From: Schizochytrium sp. TIO01
Lineage: Eukaryota > Protista > Bigyra: Labyrinthulomycetes
Length of the DNA: 64,000 bases
Direction: 5' to 3'
Assembly: GCA_004764695.1 (NCBI GenBank)
Contig: SMSO01000025.1
Location: forward strand, 4,194,862 to 4,258,861
The position numbers and the translations under genes are program-made. Positions 11,498 to 23,700 of this stretch are shown here, in pieces. The notes under the pieces were generated by a model that was not told where the DNA came from, ran no database searches, and worked only from the letters and a program-made list of their open reading frames with translations. Position 1 is the stretch's first letter. Each line of letters opens with the position of its first letter.

Positions 11498-12846
11498 TTG
11501 ATTCTTGACAAAAAAAATTAAAAGAGAAAAGATATTTATTTATCGAGTTCTGCAGAGACTAGGACCTGAATACCAACAACCTCTAGTGGTCACTGGCAGA
11601 AAGGGGCCGTTACCGTGTACAGTAGTACTCTCTCAGAACAAAGTTGGGTTCCCCACACACCTTTTGAGAGTTGATTTGCTTTACTTCCCTCGCTTGTTGT
11701 GTAGTAGTAGATACTAAAAGGTTCCTAGTAGAAGGCAAGGTACTGTACCTTCATGAGGTTATCAGAGCCATCATGATCATCGTGGCGATGACAATCGAAT
11801 GATAGATAGCAAGGTAGCGAGTGCCGAAGAAGGTCGTATGAGAGAGATCTGTGCTGAGTGCCATGAGTCGGAGCGTTGGTGCGAGAATGGAAGTACCCGG
11901 GTTGCAAGGAGATAATGGTTGTGGTGACTAGGGAAGGGTTGCTTTCACAGGCTGGCCAGAGAGGTTGTCATGACAACCCTTTGTGAATTTGGAGATCTAT
12001 AGTTGGGATTACATGGAAGCAGAAGAGGCAGAGCTGGCATGCCAGGCGTACAGGCATGAAGCAAAAGTGAAGTATTTATTTGAAGGATACTTGAGTGATG
12101 TAAAGGAGAATAAAAGTTGTAGCAGCAGGGTGAAGAAAGTTTCAATAAGATGTGGTTCATTTAGTTGGTGATTTTCATTCAGGTTCAGGTACAAATGACG
12201 GTAAATCAAATCAGTCAGACAGACGCAGGTCAGTCGTTCATTCAATCAGACGAAAAAGCCCTTGCCGCTCGTGTATTGATAAAGCGAGGCAAGCAAGCAA
12301 GCAAACAAAGAAGCCGTCGAGGCAGCAGTAGCAGCAGCAGCAGAGTGCGGTATTCTTACTGCTGGACGGTAAAACAGAGGGGTACTAGTCTTGTGTGTCT
12401 GTGTCGTGACGCATTGTTGTTGGTTGTCAAGAACAGAAGTCTTCTACGTTTGAAATGGTAACAGGAAAGCTATGGCATGCGCTTCACGGACGGCAGGTGC
12501 TCCCCAGAGCTTGCCGTTTAACAGATCCTTGAGAACGCCGGGATTGCAATTTTTTCATCCCCAAAATCTAGTTGGCCAAAAAGCTAAGAAAGCCGTCAAG
12601 GTAGAAACATGGAGTTCGGCTGATTCTATCAGCTGTCATCAGGCAAACACAACCAACAGTCGTGTTGTCGTCTATATTGTTGTTCAAATTGGTGAAAGGG
12701 GTCGTTGCTTCAATTCAACTAGCAAGGCGTCACACGTGTGCATCAAGAGGATGTGGTTAATACTCACTCGCTCGATGACGTCTCAGTTGAATTATTTCTT
12801 GCGTGGGTAGACACTGCATAGACAGAGTCTCATGAGATTTGGCACA

Positions 12847-14709
12847 TTAATTTGCCTCATCGTCAGCAACGCAAGAGCCAGAAGAGCACATACCGGTCTC
12901 GCCGCTAGTAAGGGTGCACTTGGCACCGTCATCAATGTTAGTGACGTAGGTGACCTCATTATCGGTGTTACGAATCCAGAGGCTCGAGGTACAGTATCCA
13001 GAGCTAGGGTGAATGCATTGCTGACGGCATCCACCACGCGAGGCCTGGGTTCCGCAGAGGTCAAGGCGACCAAAGTAATCAGCACAGCGGTTGACACACT
13101 GTCCAAGGCTGCAGTATCCACCAGCAACACCATTGACCACATCACACTCGGTCTCCGCATCAGCAAGGACGCCGTTCTTGGTGCAGCAGTCTGGGTGAGC
13201 CTGGCTTCCTTCAGTGGGTCCATGAAGAATGCGCATGATAAAGTTGCTGTTGCATTCTGCGGACTGGCTGTTTCTTTTAGTCAGCACACAGTTCTGGCAC
13301 TTCATGCCATTCTTTGAGCATTTGGTTTTGCCGTTGGGGCACTCACAATCTTCGTCACCAGAAACGATACCATCTCCACAGACTGGGGACTCATCACTGT
13401 AGGAGCTTGCAAAGCTGCAAGCATCGTTGAGGATAAGTGCGTTGACCTTTGTGCAAAGGGCAACAAGAGAGTTGTCGGTAAACCCATAGACATCGCTGTC
13501 CTTGAGCTTGCCGTCACCATAGTCCATGATGCCGCCATAGGAGCCAGCATCGGTAGTGCTTGAGAATGGGTGAACGGCACCAAAGACATGACCAACCTCA
13601 TGAAGAAAGATGATAAAAGTCTCGTCGTAAGTGCCAACAGTGGACACAGCGGTAGTGCTGCTAAGGGACTTGCTGCAGAGCTGGCCGAGCTTGGCGAGGC
13701 CTGCCCATCCAGTGAAGGTGCAGCCAGTGATACGGTGCCAATGAGCCACGTCGGAGCGTCCCGAAGCGTAAGAGCTAGTCTCAGTGAGGGCAGAGTTCAG
13801 AGAAGTGACACATGACGAGCCAAAGTTGTTGAGGTTAAGCTCCTTGATGCGAACAATAGTGTTAGCGTACTTCCGGAGAATAAGGTTGCTCTCGGCCACA
13901 GTGGACTCAATGTATGTCTTGACCTGATCTTCATCCGAGTCGAAGCCATCAACCAGCTGCTGGTCGAAGACAATGCCAATATCGATGACAGTTGTCGATT
14001 CAGGAAAGTCACAGGTTTCACCGGAAGAGGAGGTGATGAGACGGCGGAGGTGGTTGCTGGTGTTAAGCTTGGAATCGTGGAAGATAGAGTCGAGGTCACC
14101 ACTGTCAATTTCACTGTCGTCAGTCTCATTGCTGCCTGCTGATCTGGGGGCGAGGACTTGCGCTGCGAGGTAACGAGGGGCAGTGTGAGAAGTCTTGTCG
14201 AGGTTCTCTCCAGCGGTACGGAGCTCACGAAAGCGTTCTTGACCAAGCTTGCGCTCAAAATGGGCAATTGTTGAAACCCGAACAAAGTGTCCCTCATTAG
14301 TCATAAAAACGCCGTGGGCAGTGCCATCGGGCATGATGGTGGTGACACCATGCTGGTTCGACTTGCTTGGGGTGATGAAGGTGAATTTAGCGTCGTAGAC
14401 ATTTGTGTCCTTCCCATCGTGAGTCTTGTTGCTCACGAAAGCATGGGCTTTGGCGCCGTAAAAGTGGCGGAAGCGGGTAAGCTCGAAAGTATATGAGCTA
14501 TTACGGAGCTCAAAGGTAATTTCGAGGGTATCATCTGAGGTGCGGTTCATTTCGAGGTCCTTGACGGATTCGAGGGCTGCGCCCTTTTCAGATGGCACAG
14601 TTCCAACCGTGAGATGCCTCTCCTCTGTCAAATGCTGTGCAGAAACAGAGGTCATTGTGAGGAGCATGAAACATGCCCAGACAAGAGCGATCTGCAGTGC
14701 CTTGATCAT
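12847..14709 (-). CDS. Secreted metzincin (M12B reprolysin/ADAM-like) metalloprotease with disintegrin-like/Cys-rich C-terminus
   Basis: Signal peptide MIKALQIALVWACFMLLTMTSVSA, prodomain, zinc motif HEVGHVFGAVH, Met-turn GGIMDY, disintegrin lead-in CGDGIVSGDEDCEC, Cys-rich tail DDGAKC…GMCSSGSC. No transmembrane segment seen. Confidence 0.92.
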   Translation of the reverse strand: MIKALQIALVWACFMLLTMTSVSAQHLTEERHLTVGTVPSEKGAALESVKDLEMNRTSDDTLEITFELRNSSYTFELTRFRHFYGAKAHAFVSNKTHDGKDTNVYDAKFTFITPSKSNQHGVTTIMPDGTAHGVFMTNEGHFVRVSTIAHFERKLGQERFRELRTAGENLDKTSHTAPRYLAAQVLAPRSAGSNETDDSEIDSGDLDSIFHDSKLNTSNHLRRLITSSSGETCDFPESTTVIDIGIVFDQQLVDGFDSDEDQVKTYIESTVAESNLILRKYANTIVRIKELNLNNFGSSCVTSLNSALTETSSYASGRSDVAHWHRITGCTFTGWAGLAKLGQLCSKSLSSTTAVSTVGTYDETFIIFLHEVGHVFGAVHPFSSTTDAGSYGGIMDYGDGKLKDSDVYGFTDNSLVALCTKVNALILNDACSFASSYSDESPVCGDGIVSGDEDCECPNGKTKCSKNGMKCQNCVLTKRNSQSAECNSNFIMRILHGPTEGSQAHPDCCTKNGVLADAETECDVVNGVAGGYCSLGQCVNRCADYFGRLDLCGTQASRGGCRQQCIHPSSGYCTSSLWIRNTDNEVTYVTNIDDGAKCTLTSGETGMCSSGSCVADDEAN

Positions 14710-15330
14710 TTTTCCAACGAACTATAGCGATCTACGGTACTTTGTTCTCGTCTTTGTTACTGCTATGTTCTGGCACGTGAAGCGAGATGATTAATCTCAC
14801 TTGGGGCTTAGAGAAGATGCTTCGTCGTTGAAATGATGATGATATCAATTTAATTGACAAAGTTGTAATAATACTTCTTGTCTTGAATGTTGATCCGCAA
14901 GCAGTATCACTTATCCCTGTCGAAGACCTTATGATCGACGACGTCCGGATAGGTTGATTCCTGCGTTGGGGTTTTGCTTTCTGTTCGCGCTCGAGCCACG
15001 ATTCTTGCGTACTCTACCCCCCGCTTCTCGGCACATCAGGGGGGCTCAGGGGGTCATTATACAGCTTTCAGAGCCCTCTTTGATTTTCCTCCTCTTATTT
15101 ATTCCAAGTACACAATCCAACAGTACTACTCCTGCTTATGCTACTCCTATCAGGCCCTGACCCTTTTCAAAACAAAGAAAACAAAACAAAAAAGAAGAAG
15201 TTCTGAGCGCGCAGATGTTCAACTTCGCTTTTTTTCTTTTCTTTTTTCTTTAAACTTCCTTACACATGATTAAACAATAGCACGAGAGAGGGCAGACTGA
15301 ATAAGAAGTAACTTAAAAACTTACCGCCAT

Positions 15331-15380
15331 AACAAACAAACAAACAAACAATCAATCAATCAATCAAACAAACAAACAAA
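15331..15380. repeat. Compound microsatellite (AAAC)n(AATC)n(AAAC)n
   Basis: Read directly from the sequence. Confidence 0.9.
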
Positions 15381-18300
15381 TAAAAGTCGAGAGACAAAGA
15401 ACCGCAGCTTTGAGGGAGGGAAGGAGGGAGAGAGCGTCTCTCTTTAATCCAGAGAGAGGGATTTAGCTACTACCTACAGCCGCTCTATTGTTTGCTTTCC
15501 TAAGTCAACCTTAATTCACTCAATCCAATCCGGGTTCTTTTCATTCACTCGAAAAGGTGCCTGTTCTCTCCAAGTTCTCTCGAGCTCGTTTCATTCAAGC
15601 TTTTCAGAGCGCGAAAGAAGAAGAAAATCGAGTTATTACATTTATTTAGTCACAATCCGTGAATAAGTTCTTCTTGGAGGCGTCATTATGCAACGTCAGT
15701 CTGCAACAATGGGCTCATCGTGCTCCGCCTGCTCTGCAAATGGATGGGGCTTGTGCACGGATGGCAATAAATCCTCTGCACGAGGCGTTTTTCTCAGTGC
15801 CATCAAGAGCGAGCTTTTTTATTTCAGAAGCTTTCGTTTAAGCCTGAGCGAGCGAGCGATTGATTGATCAATTCATTGGGGTTGAAGTAAGTTAGCTCAA
15901 GCAAGCTGGTCTCCTGAATCCTGATCCTCTTCTAACTTCTAACTCTTTTTTTTTTTTTTTTTTTTTTAAATAAATAAATAGTTTAAGAAACATAAGAAAG
16001 AAAGAAAAGCAAAGAAAAAGAATCTCATTTGATCATGCAAAGAGGGGAAAAAGAAGACACACTCAGATCGACCAACCTTTAGGAAATTTGTATTTCCGTC
16101 TCGACAGCAGATAGTTTTTTACTCTTTTTACTCTGTTCGAGCCACTGCCAATCAATCGGAGAGGATGGATGCTACGTTTCCAATCAAAGAGCTTGTGCTC
16201 GCCTGGCTGACTAGCTAATTATGGCACGGCTAGCAGAAAGAAGTACACTTTTCATGTAGTAGATAGGCAGCTCTTCTGTCGTTTGATTTGGCCAAAATGG
16301 AGACAAATCGTCGTCAATTCGCAATGTCATCGCTCAACTAATCACCCATTCACTCATAATAATTAGTTAGAACAACCACCAAAGCGACGAAAGCACATAC
16401 CTACTATTCTACAGATTCTCCGACAAGCAAGGTTTAAGGACCTTATTTCAATCCACCTTAAAATAAAATATGTAGGTAGGTATGATGAACTAAAAAAGTG
16501 CTCAGTTTGCTCACTCGGCAATTATCTAACGTCTCCTTTTGCGCACTTCTCCGTCGGATGAAAAGCTCAGAGGACTACAGTCATTCTAGAGTTGCCAACT
16601 TTATCTCGCCCGACAAAATAACGTTGGCTTGGTTTGACTTCCCTTCGGGTTCGCTGACACCTCAGGCCGAAGCTTCGAATTTAGCATTAATTCCCTTGAA
16701 TCCATTCATGTACATAAAAACATACATGCCTTTTGTTTTAGTGTAAAAGCTTAATAAATTAAAAAAATAAAAGTAAAAAATCCGTGTGGAGATCCTCATA
16801 GTTATATAGAGAAGAGGTCAACAATTGGAAAGGTAAAAGTAGAATTATAAATAAATCATGACTAGAAAGTGACCAACAGTTGTAAGCGCTGCACAAAATC
16901 TGCAGCACACGCCGCGCGACGCGAAATCATTGTGCAAGTGCCACGACAATCGCCCCACAATCGCGGAGACCGATCTGCCCGAGTGGACCGCACGCGTAAA
17001 CTGAACATTTCATTTCCTCCTCCTCAAATTTGGCTCCAAACTTGAAGGTCTTTCGAACTATTGCAGTTTACTAGGAGCTACATAAAAAACGAATATTTTT
17101 TTCTTTTTTCTCCTAAAGAGAAAACGAAATGTACAATATTATATATTAAAAAGTTTCTTTAATTAAAAACTAATAACAAAAAAACTTACGATTATTACAT
17201 CATTCAGTGCCAAGCATATTATTCTGGTCTCTATTCAGCCCCCTTACAATTCTTTGCTTCCTTTACCTCCTAGTTGCTACTAGCAGCCGCCTATTGGGGT
17301 AGCAACTCATACATTCATATTCATATGAATACCATATGAATATTCATATGGAATACGACTTCAGCGGTCAGAGCATATGAGTGATTATGTGACATTATCA
17401 TTTTAAAAGCCCTACTACGTACCTACGCACGTACCTAGTAGTCTGGTACTAAGGTGAAGGCGTGGGGCTTATTGTGGAGGTAGGTACTGCTACAGGTACA
17501 TCAATTATTCATAGTCCTAGTACATTGTGTGTATAGGTGTACTTAGCAGCAGCACCTAGCACTTGCATTTCCGCTACCTGAGAGCTGTGTACGAATGTCG
17601 GAATGCTTCGAACTGTGATCGCTGCTGTCAAAACTTTGCGCTGAGGCATCAGAAAAGCGCTCAAAGGTAGTGTCTGGCGTCACTCCGACGCAGCGTGGCG
17701 ACCCAAAGGGCAGCGGTGTCAAAAAACCATATCTCCACAGGGAAACCAATTCACCATCATGATGGGGTGGGTTTCAACGAACTACTGCTATATATCATCG
17801 ATTACAGGTCACCTCACTTGTAAGTTGTAGTAGGCACCCAACCAGTAAAAAAGACGAAGAAACAAAATAGCATTACCGATTTCAGAAGACTTGAGAGAAG
17901 GTTTTCTGTCGATGGAAAGCTCTCAAACCCGTGCAGGACAATAGCTTAAGCTCTAGTCGATTTCAGAAAACGCCCGAGAGTCTCTTCTTCTTCGCAGCCA
18001 GAACCTGCAGATTTGGGTTTCCGGTCATGAACCGAGAGAGGGAGACCTTGCCAATCAAAATTAGTACCACTAATGATGACTTTTGCACAACCCGTTTCTC
18101 TCGCTTGAAACCCTCGCACTATTCCATACAATCTCTCGCCTAATCGCTATTTAAACTAAACCGCTGGGTAAAACTTCTCCTTCTGCGAAAGATGGGTGTG
18201 TTAATTAAAACCTTGAATGTATGAGGGATGCTGGAAAAGTGCGATTTTGAGAAGCAGGTGCTGCGATACCGACATCAGTTGCGTGGTGGTTTCTTCTTTG

Positions 18301-20655
18301 TTTTCTTCAGACTTGACACTTCATCTAACAGTAGCTGGGTACGTAGAGGTGTCGAGCGTTTTTTATTTGCATTCGCGAACGCGTCAGTTGGTTCTCGAAT
18401 TCGCTCGCATTGAGCTAACTTAACTTGAAGGCTTGTTCTCGCTGTTTTTCAGGCATCAAAGAGCCCTCCATATTTCTTTTGTTTTTGTTTTCGTCTACTA
18501 TCGTAACCACAGACTACCATAGGAAAACCTAAACAAAGTGAAAAGAAAACAAACGTAAAAAAACAGGGCTGCCAAACCCCCTCTCTTTTCAGCTCTCCAA
18601 CTGCACCCGTTGCAGCGTCGGTGGCCCGACTTCCTTTGAGAAAGCGCTGTAACTGCTAAGCCACCGCCCTCGTGCAACAGCCTTCTGCGCCATCCAGGAA
18701 ACCAATTTTATTGCTCGCCTTCTCTTTGCTCCTGAGCGGTCTTTTCTTACATGTCCCTTCCCCGTTCTCTGGCGAGAACCGGAGCTGGGAGGGAAAATCC
18801 GACTCCCTATTTATTTATTAAAAAAAAAAACTTTTAATAAAGCTTTTTAAAAAAACTTTCTTTCAATGCCTACCACTTACATAGGCAGTACGTGCCTGAC
18901 TACCTCAAATCACTCTTTCAAATTACACAAAAAGGAAAAGAACAGTTTTCGAAGGACGCTTTCGTTTACAAAGAGGGGCATCTCAGGGTGAGGTAACTTA
19001 GCTTAGTTGCGACCGCGGTACTGCAATTTGGAGGGGAACTTTCAGTCCCTTTCCAGCGCGGCGGGGAGAGCAGAGCAGGTTCTGGCGCCCGCCCCAGCTC
19101 GTGCGGGCGCCAGGCGGGCGCTTGTCCGGCCAATCGCGGGTCTTCGCTCAGGCTCTCGCGGAGACTTTGTCCTACTTGGAGTTTCACAAAACCACCAATC
19201 CATTTTCTCCATCCCTCGCTCTTTTCTATTGGTTATTATTATTTTTATTATTATAGAAAGTACATGATATAATATAGCTATAAAACATAGTAATTGCATT
19301 GAATGCATTCCCTCTGTTGTTCTTCTGGCCAACTCTAAAGGGCTATTTGCCTGCTCTCTTTGCTTTCGTTGCTAAAAAGACAGACAATCTAAGGTTAAGG
19401 TTCGTTTATAGAAAATCGATTTCCTGCCTGCACATGCATGATGTCCTATTGTTTTCGTTATTTGTTAGAATAGAACTTGAAGGCACCGAAGAAAGGAAGA
19501 AGAAAGAAAAAAGTTTTTTTTTTTTTTTTTTTTTAAGTTCATATTTTAATTTAAAAGAAAAACCATGTTTAATTTAAAAAGAATGATGTCTGGCTGGGAA
19601 AGGGGAGACGAACCATAGAAAAGCGACACTGATTCACGTGCCGGCAGGAAAAAAGAAGGTCAACAGACCCATCGAAACTACAAAAGGAGCCTTTTCCATT
19701 TTGCACTTGCTGCTTAGCAACCGAAATGGGAATTACAACTCCTACCAGATCTGGATTGAGATGCAAACGGGTGCGTTGTTACTGATCTGTGTAAACCGAC
19801 CTATGTTTTTAATCAATTCGGCTGCATTTAGTGATTTGTATTTCATGTTTTTATGTGAGCTAATACTAGTAGCTAGGTAGTCCTAGGTAGACCAGTAGTT
19901 CGCATGCATTTCTTCCACGCGCTCCTCGTGAAGCGTGCAAGGGTCCGTCGTGCACAGGCGCCCCCGAAACTCGGAAGCTCTCTATTGTCGTCTTCAGCCT
20001 CCTACGGTTCCCATCTCGAACAGCCCAGCAGCGATGCTCAGCGCAGGTATGTCAGAACCTCGCTTTCACTCCAAGCGCGGCAACTTGTCTTTGAGTGTAT
20101 TTAAATGGACAGAAGTCCAAAACAATATTGTAAGAAGAAAAAAACGCTCTGGGATTTACTCATTTGCCTATCTCTTTTGTTATATAAGGTAATATGACAA
20201 AGTTAATAATTTTAGACAGCAGCCTCCACTCACTTGGCTGCATCAGTGAAGCGCAGAACGCTCGCTCGGCACAGCAGCGCCAACCAAAGTGCCGCTTCTG
20301 CATACACAGCCTCGACCACCACCAACTACTCCTTCAATCCAACTAGGTACCCTCGCTGATCTCAAACCTGCGCCACGCGGATGCACCCCTCTTCGGGCTT
20401 GCTTGCGACAGAATTGGCAAAAGTTTCAAGGGGGATTATTACATTCCCTGTGTTACCGCTTGTCTCCACCGCACGTTTCATCAGAGTGCATTTTCTGTTT
20501 ACATCTTTTAATTTAGAAAGTACTTACAGTAGATGTGAATATTATATCTTTTAATTTAAAAAAATAGTTGTAGAAAAGTAGACGAGATCATGTAGTGCTT
20601 ATATATTCCAATAGTTTATTCGCAATTGCCAGAAGACACAGAACCACATAGATAA

Positions 20656-20725
20656 GCTTGGAGCTAGTTCGCTTGGAGCTAGTTCGCCTGGAGGTAGTTC
20701 TTTTTTTTTTTTTTTTTTTTTTTTT
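20656..20725. repeat. 15-bp tandem repeat x3 (GCTTGGAGCTAGTTC) abutting a T25 run
   Basis: Units at 20656, 20671 (identical) and 20686 (2 mismatches), then poly-T 20701-20725. Confidence 0.9.
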
Positions 20726-23700
20726 CCTTTACGGGGTTATCAATCAGAAAGCGAGAACTTTAATACAAGCTAGTAGAGTATTGTTAAACCACTGCCGGGA
20801 CAAGCGCAATCGTGCCGTGGCTCGCTTGTTGGTTTCTCTTATTTGTTTGGTTCGGCAGGCACAGGCACTCCATTTAATTAAAAACAAATTAAGTTCAAAA
20901 TAATGCCATAATATTCCAAATTGAAATTCAAAGGTTTTTCTTTTAACTATTTTAAGCAAAAAGCATTTGACAGCAAAGAACGAACCGCGTGCTTTCGGTC
21001 CACAAAGAAAGTGACGAGGGAGAGAGGGGAACACGTCTCTCTAAGCCATCATATATCACACTAGGATAGAAGAATGCCCGGCTCCATGGCCGGAGGAAAA
21101 CGTAGGTAGACACACTTACGAGCGGGACCTACCGTAAAATTAAAGGCGGTAATCGAAATGATGATTTTTTTCGCCAAATACTTTTACCCAGATAAGGAAC
21201 AAAAGGCTATATATTTTAAAAAACAAATTAAAAAAATCATTTCTTTGAATAGGGATTCTTTCTCCATTGAAATATACATGAAAATAGTAGATCTTCCTCA
21301 GTGATTCATGAAGAAGGGAACTCATTCGAAATTTGTTTCTATCAAGTTAAAATTAAAAATGATGAACGAAAAAAGCACGAGCTTAAATTATCATTGATGC
21401 TCCGGAAGCTAGTGCAAGGTGTTGCTGGCACAGACCTTCAGCTAGGCAAGCATCCGATGGACCTTGGAGCTCATTCCGTTTTCCGTTCTTACTGACTTTC
21501 TGACATTTCTTACTTGCTCGACTTGATCGAAAGATTTCATAATCAACCTTTGCTACTATCGATATGTCATTAGTCAATGCACTTAATTGTTCCCACAGTG
21601 TCTCTACTGTGGGACACCACTTCATTACCTCATGCATGAATTTCTACATCTTCAAGGCTCTACATACAAAATCTGAATAAATCTCTTGAGCTTATAATCG
21701 GCCCCTCGTAGCTGCAAAAGCCTGTCTGATGTCATGGGAATGACCATTTATAAGCCGGTCTCAGAGAAGCCTTTAAAAAAAGCCCTCAGCCTTCTTCACC
21801 TTGCCATGTACTCCGCGCCACGTGGCTCAGTGAGGAAGGCAACAGAACAGGATCATTTTTTAAATTAAAAAAAGAAGCCATGCTTGTCAAAGTTCTTAAC
21901 TTCTAGACATTTTTCTGTGCTTCTGTGCTAGGGGTTGTAACTCTAAATCCGAATGACTGTGCACGCGTGCGTGCTTTTACTTATATCTGCAGAATTCGAG
22001 ACCACTGGACAGTCTCTGGGTTCTCTGTTTAATCCATCCACTTCCGCAAATTATTCGTATTCGCGTTGATTACTTCCTACCTCAATCGATGCAGCACGTG
22101 AATGGGGTACGGCGCTTGCGTCTTTCTTTTGCAAGGCCGCTGCGCTTTCCATAAGTAAACCTGGGGAAATCCAAATGCACCAATGTGAACAGACCAACAT
22201 ATAATAGCCTAGCGGGGAAGGGGCTGCGCATGCATCGGTGCTCGTGCCGGATATGCTCTGGTGGGGCCAAGGAAGTTAGAAGAAGGTGTATTGAAATAGA
22301 GGAAAAGAATTTGCAATGGAGAAAGCAGCGCAGGAGCGGTTGCGAGACGGGGTGCATGCACATGTTAACGCAACTGTGGTCCCCCGAGTCCTTTATTTAT
22401 TTCCAGCATAGTACCTAGTAGATAGTCCTATCAATATTGACAATAGGAGAGGTTCGGTTTTTCGAAAGTTCATGGTTCTTGTGAGAAGAAAACTATAAGG
22501 CCTTTATTTATTTGATTTACTTTTTTTAATTTACTTTAAAAAAAGGAACCACTGACAAGAGCAAGGGGCGCGTGCTAATTGCTTAATTGTAGCTCGAAGT
22601 TCTGCTGAGATTAGCCAAGAGAGAGACACGGTCTTAAGTTAGCTGACTGACTGGGTGGCTGGCTGGGTATTTAGAGCCGCCATCGCGTGCTGCTGCCGAT
22701 TAAATCGAGCAAGTTTGACTGTTACATTTCCCCTGTGCTGAAGGACAGGAACTTTTTACTTCTCTTTTTCCTATCCATAAGCACTCAGGCTTATTCTTGA
22801 AAAAGAGAAGAAAAAAGTCATCTATTACTAATAGCACTTATTCATTTGATAACTTTCTATAAATAATAATTAATAAAAACTACATAAAGGTTGTCAGCAC
22901 TTGCCCCGCAGTATTTGCACTGTGGGAATGCTCGAATTGTTTGCAACGCCTGATTGTGCTTGTAACGCCCAGTGCTGTGAGATTGGTTGCAAAGAGCTGT
23001 GGGTATATACATAGCTTTGCACAGCATTCTAACGGTAAGCTAGCAGCTTTGAAAACCAGCTGTTCTAATAAATGAGCTTCGCTTCTCCACCGTTACTCTC
23101 ACACATAGTGCAGACTTTTCTATTGTTCGCAACGGAAAGCAAGAAAAGACACCGACCGTACAATTTAGCCTTTCAATATGCTCTTCTTATTATCGCATTA
23201 ATCGTCCAGGAGTATGAAGTGATCAGTTCTTCACAAACCAATTCGGCGAGCTTTTGTACAGAAGCTGAGAAACAAAGAAACAAAAACTTTCGAGAGAGCC
23301 AGCAAATCAGCGGATATCTTGCCGATTTCCCCAAGTCGAGTCGTTAAAACACCTGCATACATCTGTCTTTTTTTCATCAATGCTACGCATTAATACTGCG
23401 ATGATAACCTTTGCAGTTTAGCGGTTCTGAACAGTGAACTTAAACTAGTGCCTGAACGCTGCAAGGTTCCTATGTATAACGAATAGTCTGGTTGATTAAT
23501 TATTCTCTTTCTTAATATTCACAACTTTCTAGCAGTCTTTCGCGACATCTTGATTGCATTGATGCTCTCAAAGTTCGTTTTATTTTATGTATACTTTTGC
23601 ATGCAACACAACATGTATAAATCATTTGAAAATCATGATGGATCCAACTTGAAGAAAATTGCTTGCTTCGTCCCAGTCCAGATTGATTTATCATCGCCGT

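Noticed and set aside
15318-15330. Minus-strand ATGGCG|GTAAGT, a possible micro first exon of the protease
   Set aside because: The protease ORF already begins with a complete signal peptide and has an initiator-like TCATTTC ~125 nt upstream; no convincing branch/acceptor found.
20656-20700. CRISPR-like or prokaryotic repeat interpretation of the short tandem arrays
   Set aside because: No unique spacers of CRISPR length, no cas genes, eukaryotic context.
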